This document shows, piece after piece, positions 19,500 through 28,071 of a DNA stretch of 46,444 nt. The notes beneath the pieces were generated by a model, which did not search any database, was not told the DNA's origin, and saw only the letters and a list, made by a program, of their open reading frames with translations. Both the position numbers and the translations under genes were made by a program. Where the stretch lies: the IMG/VR virus record IMGVR_UViG_3300027732_000038, positions 1-46,444 of that record; one strand, 5' to 3'. The DNA comes from a virus (Duplodnaviria > Caudoviricetes). Position 1 is the first letter of the stretch; each line of letters starts with the position of its first letter.

Positions 19500-21342
19500 G
19501 TTAAGGTCACCTGTTATTAGGTTACCAATTCACTGGTTAAACTTCAAGAACTATTATACTAAAAATGGTAGGTATCCGTCAAACATAAATTGGCAAGAAC
19601 CAGTACTAGATGTTGAGGGTATGAGTTTTGATGATATTGTAAATTATTACGATAAGCAAGATTCAGAAATATATTTGTTCTCCAGCTATGTTTGGAGCCA
19701 TATGGCAATTATGGCTATTGCAAAAGAAATCAAAGCCAGAAACCCAAAACGAATTATTGTAGTTGGTGGACCACACTTAGGTATAACACACAATAAATTA
19801 GACTGGTTCTTTAGTCATAAATTTGTCGATGCTATCTGTGAACCAACCAGTTATGGCGAGTGGTTTATTGAAGATATGCTTAATCAATATGTCGAAGGCG
19901 ATATTGATTGGAAGCAAGTAAGTTTCTCAATATTCCGAACTGGTCGTGGACCAACTCCAAGTAAAATTACATTTGAATTTCCTCAGGCATTAATTCCAGG
20001 AAATGAAGACATTGTTTACAAATGTAAAGATATTGCAATGGAAGCCAATGTACCTTTAGTTTTACCAATGGAATTGTCTCGTGGATGTCCTTATGCGTGC
20101 GTGTTCTGTGAATGGGGTGGTGGAATCGGTGGTAAGGTTATTCGTAAATCATTGGATATGATCAAACAAGATTTAGATTATATTCCTCAGTTTGGTATTG
20201 AGGGTGTTCAAATTGTAGATGCAAATTATGGAATCTTCAAAGAAGATGTTGATGTTTCTGAATACATTGAGCAGTCTAAAAATCTTTATGGATTACCAAG
20301 CAAAGTAGAATTGTTTGGTATAACTAAATCTAAACAAGAAGCCAGATGGGCAGTTATTGAGCCACTGGCTAGATGTGGTGCAGTAGATCGATATAAAATT
20401 AGTTTGCAATCAATAAGTCAAGAAGTTTTAAGAAACATAAAACGAACTGATATTCCAAGAGAACAAGATTTTCAGTTTGCAAGATATCTTGAAAATACTT
20501 ATGGTGTTCGTTCTGACATTGAGTTTATACTTGGACTTCCAGGTTATACCAAAGATGATTTTTATGATGAGATTGACCTTCAATATGAACATGGATATCA
20601 GTTAGAGCGATATATCTGGTTATTATTACCAGACTCTCCAGCCTTTGACCCAGAGTATAAAAAACAACATGGTATTAAAACTGCAAGAGTTTGTGTTGGT
20701 AAGTCTAGATTGAATAGCTACGAGTTTAATGATATTGATGAGTTCTCTAAATACCATATATCTGATGATCCTGTTTATATCTCAGATGTGGAGTTTGTCA
20801 CTAAAGCCAATGGATACACAGAAGAAGAATACACTGAATTTTTCTTTGTTAATTATTGGATAGTTTATAATAGACCTCTTTTTGACTTTACTAAAATAGT
20901 TATAGATGCAAATATCGTATCTGGTAAAATTAGCAGACCATCTATCTTGTTTAGACATTTATACGAAAAGGTTATGTCTAGCACTGACAATAAATACTTA
21001 TTGGCTATGAGGAATCTTAGTGATCAGATGCAAGAATTAGTCTCTGGTAATAGAAAAGAGATTGTAGATTTTAGAGAATATAATTTACCACATACAAATG
21101 TGTCTGCAAATTTAAGTTATATTTTTCAATCTTGTGCTGTAGTTTTTCAGGAAGACTATTTAAAATTCTTAGTAGAGTTGGCAGAACAATTAAATTTAGA
21201 TATTCCAGATTCGATATATGAAAATTGGACAGAACGAGTGGCTTCTTTAAAATTCTCGACTGCTCCAAAGTATGATAAATTCTATCAAATAAGAACTTTC
21301 TACGAAAACTTTATTAATGAGAAATATAGCACAGCTAGTTGA
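19450..21342 (+). CDS. Cobalamin (B12)-binding radical SAM enzyme, class B methyltransferase-like
   Basis: N-terminal B12-binding-type segment FSSYVWS...AKEIKARNP..IIVVGGPH, then ELSRGCPYACVFCEWGG, VDANYG, SLQS and FILGLPG. The start is ATG 19450 or GTG 19438. Confidence 0.88.
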   Translation: MLKPVKKSIKISYLTIELRSPVIRLPIHWLNFKNYYTKNGRYPSNINWQEPVLDVEGMSFDDIVNYYDKQDSEIYLFSSYVWSHMAIMAIAKEIKARNPKRIIVVGGPHLGITHNKLDWFFSHKFVDAICEPTSYGEWFIEDMLNQYVEGDIDWKQVSFSIFRTGRGPTPSKITFEFPQALIPGNEDIVYKCKDIAMEANVPLVLPMELSRGCPYACVFCEWGGGIGGKVIRKSLDMIKQDLDYIPQFGIEGVQIVDANYGIFKEDVDVSEYIEQSKNLYGLPSKVELFGITKSKQEARWAVIEPLARCGAVDRYKISLQSISQEVLRNIKRTDIPREQDFQFARYLENTYGVRSDIEFILGLPGYTKDDFYDEIDLQYEHGYQLERYIWLLLPDSPAFDPEYKKQHGIKTARVCVGKSRLNSYEFNDIDEFSKYHISDDPVYISDVEFVTKANGYTEEEYTEFFFVNYWIVYNRPLFDFTKIVIDANIVSGKISRPSILFRHLYEKVMSSTDNKYLLAMRNLSDQMQELVSGNRKEIVDFREYNLPHTNVSANLSYIFQSCAVVFQEDYLKFLVELAEQLNLDIPDSIYENWTERVASLKFSTAPKYDKFYQIRTFYENFINEKYSTAS

Positions 21343-22030
21343 ACAAGTAAATAAAATTCCTCATCTACCGTTGAATTTTAAATACGATGCTACAAGAATC
21401 GAACAAGAGATTCGTGAGTGCCCATTTCCATTAATGCCATATGCTGCAACAATGCAAGAGAACCATGGACATAGTAAAAGCAAATGGAATAATCTATCTT
21501 TGTTTAGTCACAATGGTGAGATTTTTTGTGATAGATTAGAAGGTGCTGGTGAAGGAGAGTTGGAAAGAATTTGGGGGCATTTCCATAAAACTGGTTTGTC
21601 TGAATATCTTTCCTACACATACGAAATAGTTGAACAATTAGGTGGCGGTAAGGCATTAGCTCGAATTGAAGAGATACATCCAGGAACTGTAATGGGCTGG
21701 CACAATCATGCCTTTGAATTGTATCACCCAGAAACTATGATGATTATCCAATTACCCATTACAGTACCAGATAAATTTAAGTATTCTGTAATAGGAAATA
21801 AAGAATATAGATTAACAGACTTTGGTAAACAAGTACCAAAGGTATATGAGGCAACTTATATTCCAGGAACTCCTGTAATCTTTAATGCTTTTCATTACCA
21901 TAATGTATTTAATTTTGATGAAGAAGGTGTTCGTCTAACTATTCGTTTCTTTGCAGATCTTAGAGACGACTCTGTTTATGACTTAGTTGCAGATGCAGTG
22001 AACTCTTATAATGGAGAGTACATTGAATAA
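21317..22030 (+). CDS. Cupin-fold / aspartyl-asparaginyl beta-hydroxylase-like oxygenase 1
   Basis: WNNLSLF, ARIEEIHPGTVMGWHNH, IQLPI and FNAFHYHNVFN...R match the layout of AspH-like double-stranded beta-helix proteins. Confidence 0.7.
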   Translation: MRNIAQLVEQVNKIPHLPLNFKYDATRIEQEIRECPFPLMPYAATMQENHGHSKSKWNNLSLFSHNGEIFCDRLEGAGEGELERIWGHFHKTGLSEYLSYTYEIVEQLGGGKALARIEEIHPGTVMGWHNHAFELYHPETMMIIQLPITVPDKFKYSVIGNKEYRLTDFGKQVPKVYEATYIPGTPVIFNAFHYHNVFNFDEEGVRLTIRFFADLRDDSVYDLVADAVNSYNGEYIE

Positions 22031-22712
22031 ATTAACTGAAATTGCTCACCTACCTCTACATATTGATTTTGATGCATCTTGTATTTTATCAGAAATTAAA
22101 AGTTTAGAACTAACCCCATACAATAGCTGGGAAGATATTAAATCTGATGCTGATATAGAGGAATCTTGGGATTCTATTGCTTTGTTTAGTATCAGCGGTA
22201 ATATCAATTCTGATGCAAAAGAACCATGGACAGGCGACTTTAAGGAAACTGATGCAATAAACAAGTGTCCTTATTTAAAGGAAGTTTTACTATCTTTGGG
22301 TGGCGGAGATTTATTGGCTAGGATTGAACGAATAAAACCCAATGGTTCTGCTGGATGGCATAGTCATGTATTAGAATCTAAACAACCAGAATGGATCTCA
22401 GTCTGGCAGTTACCCATCCAGATACCTAAAGAGTCTAAATTTAGTGTTATAAATTATATGGATTACAGGTGTTCTGATTTTAATAAACCAATACCAGTTT
22501 ATGAGGGAACTTATAAAGAAGGACAGGTTTATTGTTTTAATAGCCATCACTATCATAATGCTTTTAATTATAGCAATGAACCTATGATTATGGTTCGTTT
22601 TTATGTAGATTCTAGGAAACCTCAAACTAAGGATATTTTAGAGGCATCTATAAATAAGTATAGCGGAGACTATATGCAAACTTACGAACAGTATTGTAAT
22701 ACTCCTAAATAA
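22011..22712 (+). CDS. Cupin-fold / AspH-like oxygenase 2, paralog of the preceding gene
   Basis: WDSIALF, LGGGDLLARIERIKPNGSAGWHSH, QLPI, KFSVI..DYR..DF.K..P.VYE and FNSHHYHNAFN align end to end with 21317-22030. Confidence 0.7.
   Translation: MESTLNKLTEIAHLPLHIDFDASCILSEIKSLELTPYNSWEDIKSDADIEESWDSIALFSISGNINSDAKEPWTGDFKETDAINKCPYLKEVLLSLGGGDLLARIERIKPNGSAGWHSHVLESKQPEWISVWQLPIQIPKESKFSVINYMDYRCSDFNKPIPVYEGTYKEGQVYCFNSHHYHNAFNYSNEPMIMVRFYVDSRKPQTKDILEASINKYSGDYMQTYEQYCNTPK
22649..22656 (+). promoter_or_regulatory. Putative T4-type late promoter (TATAAATA)
   Basis: Exact consensus about 90 bp upstream of the fibre gene at 22747. Variants CTAAATA and AATAAATA also occur at 22705-22718. Confidence 0.55.
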
Positions 22713-22746
22713 TAAATAAATTGTAAAACCACAGGAATAACCATAA

Positions 22747-23652
22747 ATGGCTTCAATTACAACTAGAGAGACTGGCACGACTGGCACAGGTGGTGTTACT
22801 AGGAAAAATTCCCCTCTAACAAATGCCGAAATTGATACTAACTTTATCAATTTAAACACTGATAAGTTAGAAGCATCATATACAGGTAATACTAATCTTG
22901 TCACTCTAGGTACAGTCACGACTGGTACTTGGAGTGCCACGACTATTGCTACTCTATATGGTGGAACTGGGTTAACCAGCTTTACTAATGGTGGAGCGGT
23001 TTACGCTACTAGCACTTCTGCTTTAACTACTGGAACTCTACCAGTCGCTTCTGGTGGCACTGGCATCTTCAACGGTATTAGTTCTGGTACACTTTTAATT
23101 GGTAATAGCAGTAATACATTTACTGCTGCAACTCTAACTGGCACTGCAAATAGAATCACGGTAACCAATGGTTCTGGTTCTATTACAATTTCTGCTCCAC
23201 AGGACATCGCAACGGGATCAAACCCACAGTTTGGTTCTTTGGGTATTGGTACTGCGTCATCGGGTACTGCTGGAGAAATTCGTGCAACAAATCAAATTAC
23301 TGCATATTACTCAGATGAACGATTAAAAGAAAATATAGAGACCATCACAAATGCCCTAGATAAAGTCGTTTCTCTTCGTGGTGTTACATACAATGCAAAT
23401 CAATTAGCAGAATCATTTGGATATACAAATAAAGAAAAACAAGTTGGTGTTCTTGCTGGAGATGTTCAAAGAGTTTTACCTGAAGCTGTAAAACCTGCAC
23501 CATTCGATTTAATTAGAATTGATGAGAACACAGAAATTTCTAGTTCAGGTGAAAACTATTTAACAGTGCAATATGAAAAATTAGTGCCACTGTTAATCGA
23601 AGCAATTAAAGAACTTAAAGCTGAAGTTGATGAACTTCGTGGGAGTAAATAA
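22747..23652 (+). CDS. Tail fibre protein with C-terminal Peptidase_S74-type intramolecular chaperone
   Basis: N-terminal RKNSPLTNAEIDTNFINLN, GGTG fibre repeats, cleavage-type motif YSDERLKENI and C-terminal YEKLVPLLIEAIKEL. Confidence 0.85.
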   Translation: MASITTRETGTTGTGGVTRKNSPLTNAEIDTNFINLNTDKLEASYTGNTNLVTLGTVTTGTWSATTIATLYGGTGLTSFTNGGAVYATSTSALTTGTLPVASGGTGIFNGISSGTLLIGNSSNTFTAATLTGTANRITVTNGSGSITISAPQDIATGSNPQFGSLGIGTASSGTAGEIRATNQITAYYSDERLKENIETITNALDKVVSLRGVTYNANQLAESFGYTNKEKQVGVLAGDVQRVLPEAVKPAPFDLIRIDENTEISSSGENYLTVQYEKLVPLLIEAIKELKAEVDELRGSK

Positions 23653-24839
23653 TGGCAGCTGGTATCGGAACAATTACGAGTGTAACTAATAGCACAACAG
23701 TAACTGGAAGCAGCACTTCCTTTACTTTATACCAAAGAGTTAATGGAACTTTATATAACTCAGGTGGAACAGTTATTGGTATTATCGCTTCTATTGCAAG
23801 CGACACATCATTAACTTTAACTGCAAATGCTGCAGTAGCTGTTACTGCAGCGTCTTACATTTACACTTCTCCTATTATTTTGGAAAGCGGTGCTTTATCT
23901 TTACCATTGGGTAATACTGACAATAGAGTTTCTGCTCTTGCTGGTGCGATAAGATATAATTCTCAGCGAGGTGGTTGGGAATATTCTGATGGAACTGACT
24001 GGCTTCTTCCAGGACAATTAGTTGCAACTGGTGGAACATTTAGTACTGCTGGTGGTTTTAACTACCATTTGTTTACGAGTTCTGGTACTTTGACAGTGTC
24101 TGCTGGAACAAAATCTGCTGAATTGCTTTTAGTTGCTGGTGGTGGTGGTGGAGGAACACAAGTTGGTGGTGGAGGTGGAGCAGGTGGATTGGTTTATAAT
24201 AGTGCATTTAGTCTTTCACCAGGAACTTATACCATAAATATTGGCGGTGCTGGTGCAGCGTCAACTAGTTCTAGTTCTTCTGGTGGATCTGGTGGTAATT
24301 CCACATGTACTAATGCGACCACAGCTATCGGTGGTGGTGGTGGTGGTAGTCATTCTAACAATGGTGTTTCCACTAGTGGTGGATCTGGTGGTGGTGGTGG
24401 TGGTGGAGTTAGTGGTGGTACAGGTGGTTCTGCTGGAACTGCTGGACAAGGTAATCCAGGTGGTGTTGGAGTTACTGGTAATTGGTCTGGTGGCGGTGGT
24501 GGCGGTGCTGGTGGCTCAGGGCAAAATGCTGGAACTGCTGGTGCAAATATTGGCGGAAATGGCGGTGTTGGATTACAATATACCCAATTTGCAGTAGCTG
24601 GTTCTCCAGCAGGATGGTATGCAGGTGGTGGTGGTGGATGTAGTAATGGTTCTACAGTCCCAGTAGGTGCTGGTGGAACAGGTGGCGGTGGTTCTGGTCA
24701 TAGTGATGTAACAACCGCACCAAATAAAAATGGTATTGTCAATACTGGTGGTGGGGGTGGTGGAATTCGAGATACTCCAAATCCTTACCTTGCTGGTGCT
24801 GGTGCTTCGGGAATCTGTATTATTAGATACGCACAATAA
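23652..24839 (+). CDS. Glycine-rich adhesin-like virion protein 1
   Basis: YHLFTSSG, LLVAGGGGGG, GGGGAGG, YAGGGGG, NTGGGGGG and C-terminal GASGICIIRY define a polyglycine-rich domain common in phage receptor-binding proteins. Confidence 0.75.
   Translation: MAAGIGTITSVTNSTTVTGSSTSFTLYQRVNGTLYNSGGTVIGIIASIASDTSLTLTANAAVAVTAASYIYTSPIILESGALSLPLGNTDNRVSALAGAIRYNSQRGGWEYSDGTDWLLPGQLVATGGTFSTAGGFNYHLFTSSGTLTVSAGTKSAELLLVAGGGGGGTQVGGGGGAGGLVYNSAFSLSPGTYTINIGGAGAASTSSSSSGGSGGNSTCTNATTAIGGGGGGSHSNNGVSTSGGSGGGGGGGVSGGTGGSAGTAGQGNPGGVGVTGNWSGGGGGGAGGSGQNAGTAGANIGGNGGVGLQYTQFAVAGSPAGWYAGGGGGCSNGSTVPVGAGGTGGGGSGHSDVTTAPNKNGIVNTGGGGGGIRDTPNPYLAGAGASGICIIRYAQ
24021..24086 (+). repeat. 66-bp direct repeat, copy 1 (other copies 26066-26131 and partial 25021-25058)
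   Basis: gttgcaactggtggaacatttagtactgctggtggttttaactaccatttgtttacgagttctggt recurs at 26066-26131 with one mismatch. A 38-bp internal part recurs exactly at 25021-25058. Confidence 0.9.
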
Positions 24840-24858
24840 GTATAATTAGGATAAAAAA

Positions 24859-25893
24859 ATGGCAACAACTGTATTAAGAGACACTGCTATTACTTTACCT
24901 GTTGGTACGAGTAGTGACAGACCAACAGGAACGATTGGCTTGTTCAGATATAATACTGATCGTCAATCGGTTGAAGTTTTCGATGGTAGTGCTTGGGTTG
25001 TACCAAATCAAGTAATTGCTACTGGTGGAACATTTAGTACTGCTGGTGGTTTTAACTATCATGTGTTTACATCATCTGGTAGTTTTGTTGTTACTTCTGG
25101 TTCAAAATCTGGTGAAGCACTGGTAGTCGCTGGCGGTGGTGGTGGTGGATTTCAAGTTGGTGGTGGAGGTGGCGCAGGTGGACTAGTATATGCATCATCG
25201 TTCAATATTATTCCAGGAACCTATACAGTTACTATTGGTGGTGCTGGAGCAGGTTCTCCACCTGGTTCTGGTGGTGGTTCTAATGGTGTCAATACTTCTT
25301 TAACAAATGTAACTACTGCCGTTGGTGGTGGTAGAGGTGGCAGTCATAGTGGTGGAACTACCACTAGTATACACACTAGTGGTGGATCTGGTGGTGGCGG
25401 AGCAGGTACAGATGCTAGCACCACACCTCCAGGTGGTGCAGGAACTCCAGGACAAGGAAATCCAGGTGGAATTGGTCGTGCAGGTGGTAGCAGTTGGGCA
25501 GGTGGCGGTGGCGGTGGTGCTGGTGGTGCTGGAGGAAATTCTCTTTCTGTTCAAGTTGGTGGTGCTGCAGGAGTTGGTTTGTTATACTCACAATTCTCAA
25601 CATGGGGAACTAGTAATCCAAACTCGTATACAACTGGTGGTGCTGTTCAAAATGGTGGTGGATATTTTGCTGGTGGTGGTGGCGGTGGTTGTTCTGCTTC
25701 TAATCAAGTAGATGGTGGTGCTGGTGGCGGTGGTCGTGGTTTTGGTGATCAATCTTTTAATAGTACCAATCATGGTGACGATGGTGCACCAAATACTGGC
25801 GGTGGTGGCGGTGGTGTTCGAGATGGTTCTCCTTCATACACTCGATCAGGCAATGGCGGATCTGGTATTGTAATTATTAGATATGCAAACTAA
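24859..25893 (+). CDS. Glycine-rich adhesin-like virion protein 2
   Basis: Paralog of its neighbours: LPVGTSSDRP..GLFRYNTD N-terminal module, Gly-rich domain and GGSGIVIIRY end. Confidence 0.75.
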   Translation: MATTVLRDTAITLPVGTSSDRPTGTIGLFRYNTDRQSVEVFDGSAWVVPNQVIATGGTFSTAGGFNYHVFTSSGSFVVTSGSKSGEALVVAGGGGGGFQVGGGGGAGGLVYASSFNIIPGTYTVTIGGAGAGSPPGSGGGSNGVNTSLTNVTTAVGGGRGGSHSGGTTTSIHTSGGSGGGGAGTDASTTPPGGAGTPGQGNPGGIGRAGGSSWAGGGGGGAGGAGGNSLSVQVGGAAGVGLLYSQFSTWGTSNPNSYTTGGAVQNGGGYFAGGGGGGCSASNQVDGGAGGGGRGFGDQSFNSTNHGDDGAPNTGGGGGGVRDGSPSYTRSGNGGSGIVIIRYAN

Positions 25894-25906
25894 GGAATAA
25901 GATAAT

Positions 25907-26962
25907 ATGTCAGCAAACTCTATATTAGCCGATGGCTATATTAAAATTCCTGTTGGAACTACTGCAGAAAGACCAACAGGGGTTACTGGTATGTTTAGAT
26001 ATAATAGTTCTCGTGGAGCAGTAGAGTGGTACACTGGAAATGAATGGATTATACCGAATCAACTTGTTGCAACTGGTGGAACACTTAGTACTGCTGGTGG
26101 TTTTAACTACCATTTGTTTACGAGTTCTGGTTCTTTTGTAGTAACAGCAGGAACAAAATCTGCTGAAGTGCTAATGGTTGCTGGCGGTGGTGGTGGTGGA
26201 TATCAAGTTGGCGGTGGTGGTGGCGCAGGTGGACTAGTATATGCATCAGCATTTAGTGCAGCACCAGGAACTTACACCATAAATATTGGCGGTGGTGGTA
26301 ATGGTGCTGCTGGCAGCGGACCAATTGGATCTAATGGTAGCAATTCTTCAATGACAAATATGACTACTGCTGTTGGTGGTGGTTGGGGTAATAACCATTC
26401 AGGAACAGGAAGTCCAACAACTGGAAATCCAGGTGGATCTGGTGGTGGTGGTGGCGGTAGAGATAACGGAAATAATAGTGGTGGATCAGGAACTGCTGGT
26501 CAAGGAAATCCAGGTGGAACTGGTGTAACAAGCAATTGGGCAGGTGGTGGTGGTGGCGGTGCAGGTGCTGCTGGATCTAATGGATCGCCAAATGCTGGTG
26601 GTCCAGGTGGTGTAGGATTATACTACTCAGGTTTTACTAACTTTGGAACTAGCAGTCCAAACTCATATTCTGCATCAGCAGGAACTGCCCTACAAAATGG
26701 TGGTGGTTACTTTGCTGGTGGTGGTGGTGGATCTCCAAATAGTCAAACCGATGCAGGTTCATTTTCAAATGGTGGTGCTGGTGGCGGTGGTCGTGGTTAT
26801 GCTAATAATGGGTTATTAATTGGTGGTTCTACTCACGGAGAAGATGGCGCACCAAATACTGGTGGTGGTGGTGGTGGAACACGAGATGTTTACGGTGGTA
26901 GTCCATACACAAGAGCAGGTAATGGTGGTTCAGGTGTTGTAATTATTAGATACACAAATTAA
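25907..26962 (+). CDS. Glycine-rich adhesin-like virion protein 3
   Basis: Third paralog: IPVGTTAERP..GMFRYNS module, Gly-rich domain and GGSGVVIIRY end. Confidence 0.75.
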   Translation: MSANSILADGYIKIPVGTTAERPTGVTGMFRYNSSRGAVEWYTGNEWIIPNQLVATGGTLSTAGGFNYHLFTSSGSFVVTAGTKSAEVLMVAGGGGGGYQVGGGGGAGGLVYASAFSAAPGTYTINIGGGGNGAAGSGPIGSNGSNSSMTNMTTAVGGGWGNNHSGTGSPTTGNPGGSGGGGGGRDNGNNSGGSGTAGQGNPGGTGVTSNWAGGGGGGAGAAGSNGSPNAGGPGGVGLYYSGFTNFGTSSPNSYSASAGTALQNGGGYFAGGGGGSPNSQTDAGSFSNGGAGGGGRGYANNGLLIGGSTHGEDGAPNTGGGGGGTRDVYGGSPYTRAGNGGSGVVIIRYTN

Positions 26963-26974
26963 GGAATAGAAAAC

Positions 26975-27298
26975 ATGGCACATTTTGCTAAAATAAATAA
27001 ACAAACAAAAGTTGTAGAAACAGTTATTGTGGCTACTCCTTTGTATATCATGGGTTTGGACGATGCAGAAGACTGGGTTCAAACTTCATATAATGGTAAT
27101 ATTCGCAAGAATTATGCAGGTATCGGTTACACATACGATTCTCAAAGAGATGCGTTTATTCCTCAAAAACCTTTCGCAAGTTGGACATTGGATGAGGGTA
27201 CATGCAATTGGTTACCACCAACACCAAGACCAACAGATGGTGGAATGTATAGTTGGAATGAAGAAACCACTAGCTGGGATGCAATTGTAACTGAATAA
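26975..27298 (+). CDS. Conserved hypothetical phage protein accompanying Gly-rich fibre genes
   Basis: MAHFAKI...WVQTSYNGNIRKNYAGIGYTYD..RDAFIP.KPF.SW.L is a family I recognise as commonly adjacent to Gly-rich virion genes in aquatic phages. RBS AAGGA. Confidence 0.75.
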   Translation: MAHFAKINKQTKVVETVIVATPLYIMGLDDAEDWVQTSYNGNIRKNYAGIGYTYDSQRDAFIPQKPFASWTLDEGTCNWLPPTPRPTDGGMYSWNEETTSWDAIVTE

Positions 27299-27318
27299 TA
27301 TTTTTATTGGAGAAAGTA

Positions 27319-27654
27319 ATGATTATTAATGAAACATTAATGTATGGTATTTCTGATGCTATCAAGCAACTAAGACCAAATGCCATATTCGAATTGACGA
27401 ATACAAAATTCACTCAATGGTTTGATAAAACTGGATTACAACCACCATCATGGGATGAGGTTATGGAACAGTTTGAAAACAACAGAATTAAGTTTGAAAG
27501 TCAAAAATATGCTCGAGATCGAGCCGAAGAATATGCTCCTGTTGGGGAACAGCTAGACCAACTCTGGCATGCCATCAATTCTGGGATTGATATTAAAGAA
27601 TCAGAATGGTTCACAAATATACAAGCCATCAAAGAAAAGCACCCAAAACCATAA
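27319..27654 (+). CDS. Putative tail fibre assembly/chaperone-like small protein
   Basis: ATG at 27319 after a GGAG RBS. AIKQLRPNA and YARDRAEEY..VGEQLDQLWH...IKEKHPKP resemble small fibre-associated phage proteins. Confidence 0.6.
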   Translation: MIINETLMYGISDAIKQLRPNAIFELTNTKFTQWFDKTGLQPPSWDEVMEQFENNRIKFESQKYARDRAEEYAPVGEQLDQLWHAINSGIDIKESEWFTNIQAIKEKHPKP

Positions 27655-27658
27655 TAAT

Positions 27659-27680
27659 AACCACCTTCGGGTGGTTTTTT
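27659..27680 (+). terminator. Rho-independent terminator with C(UUCG)G tetraloop
   Basis: AACCACC-TTCG-GGTGGTT followed by a T-tract, just after the stop at 27654. The UUCG loop is typical of T4-like terminators. Confidence 0.92.
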
Positions 27681-27697
27681 GTTGCAGTCTCTGGTAT

Positions 27698-27705
27698 TAT
27701 AAATA
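27698..27705 (+). promoter_or_regulatory. T4-type late promoter TATAAATA
   Basis: Exact consensus directly after the terminator and 28 bp before the ATG at 27734. Confidence 0.85.
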
Positions 27706-27733
27706 AGAAGTATACAATTAATCGGATTCCAGA

Positions 27734-28069
27734 ATGGCAACTATTAGCAATCTTTATGTGGACGCTGGAGCGACATACAGTAATATCATCACTGTAACTG
27801 CTTCTAATGGTCAGGCTCTTTCTTTGACCAGCTACACTGTGGCTTCCCAAATGAGGAAGTCTTATTCGTCCAGTACAGTATATGCATTCACAGCTAGTAT
27901 TTACGACGCTGCAACTGGAAAAATCCGATTACAATTAACAAGTGGTCAATCCGAAGCCATTCCCGCTGGAAGATGGTTGTACGATGTGGAGATTACTTCT
28001 CCTTCTGGTACAAAAACCAGAGTGGTAGAAGGGATCGTAACAGTAAACGCACAAATTACTCAAATATAA
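27734..28069 (+). CDS. Conserved small virion-associated protein (beta-sandwich type)
   Basis: NLYVDAGATY...SQMRKSYSSS...GRWLYDVEI...TRVVEGIVTV is a family widespread in cyanophage-type T4-like tail regions. Confidence 0.75.
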   Translation: MATISNLYVDAGATYSNIITVTASNGQALSLTSYTVASQMRKSYSSSTVYAFTASIYDAATGKIRLQLTSGQSEAIPAGRWLYDVEITSPSGTKTRVVEGIVTVNAQITQI

Positions 28070-28071
28070 TT

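Noticed and set aside
24130-26940. (GGT)n tracts as microsatellites or a CRISPR-like array
   Set aside because: They are in-frame polyglycine codons within three CDSs, with no constant repeat-spacer periodicity.
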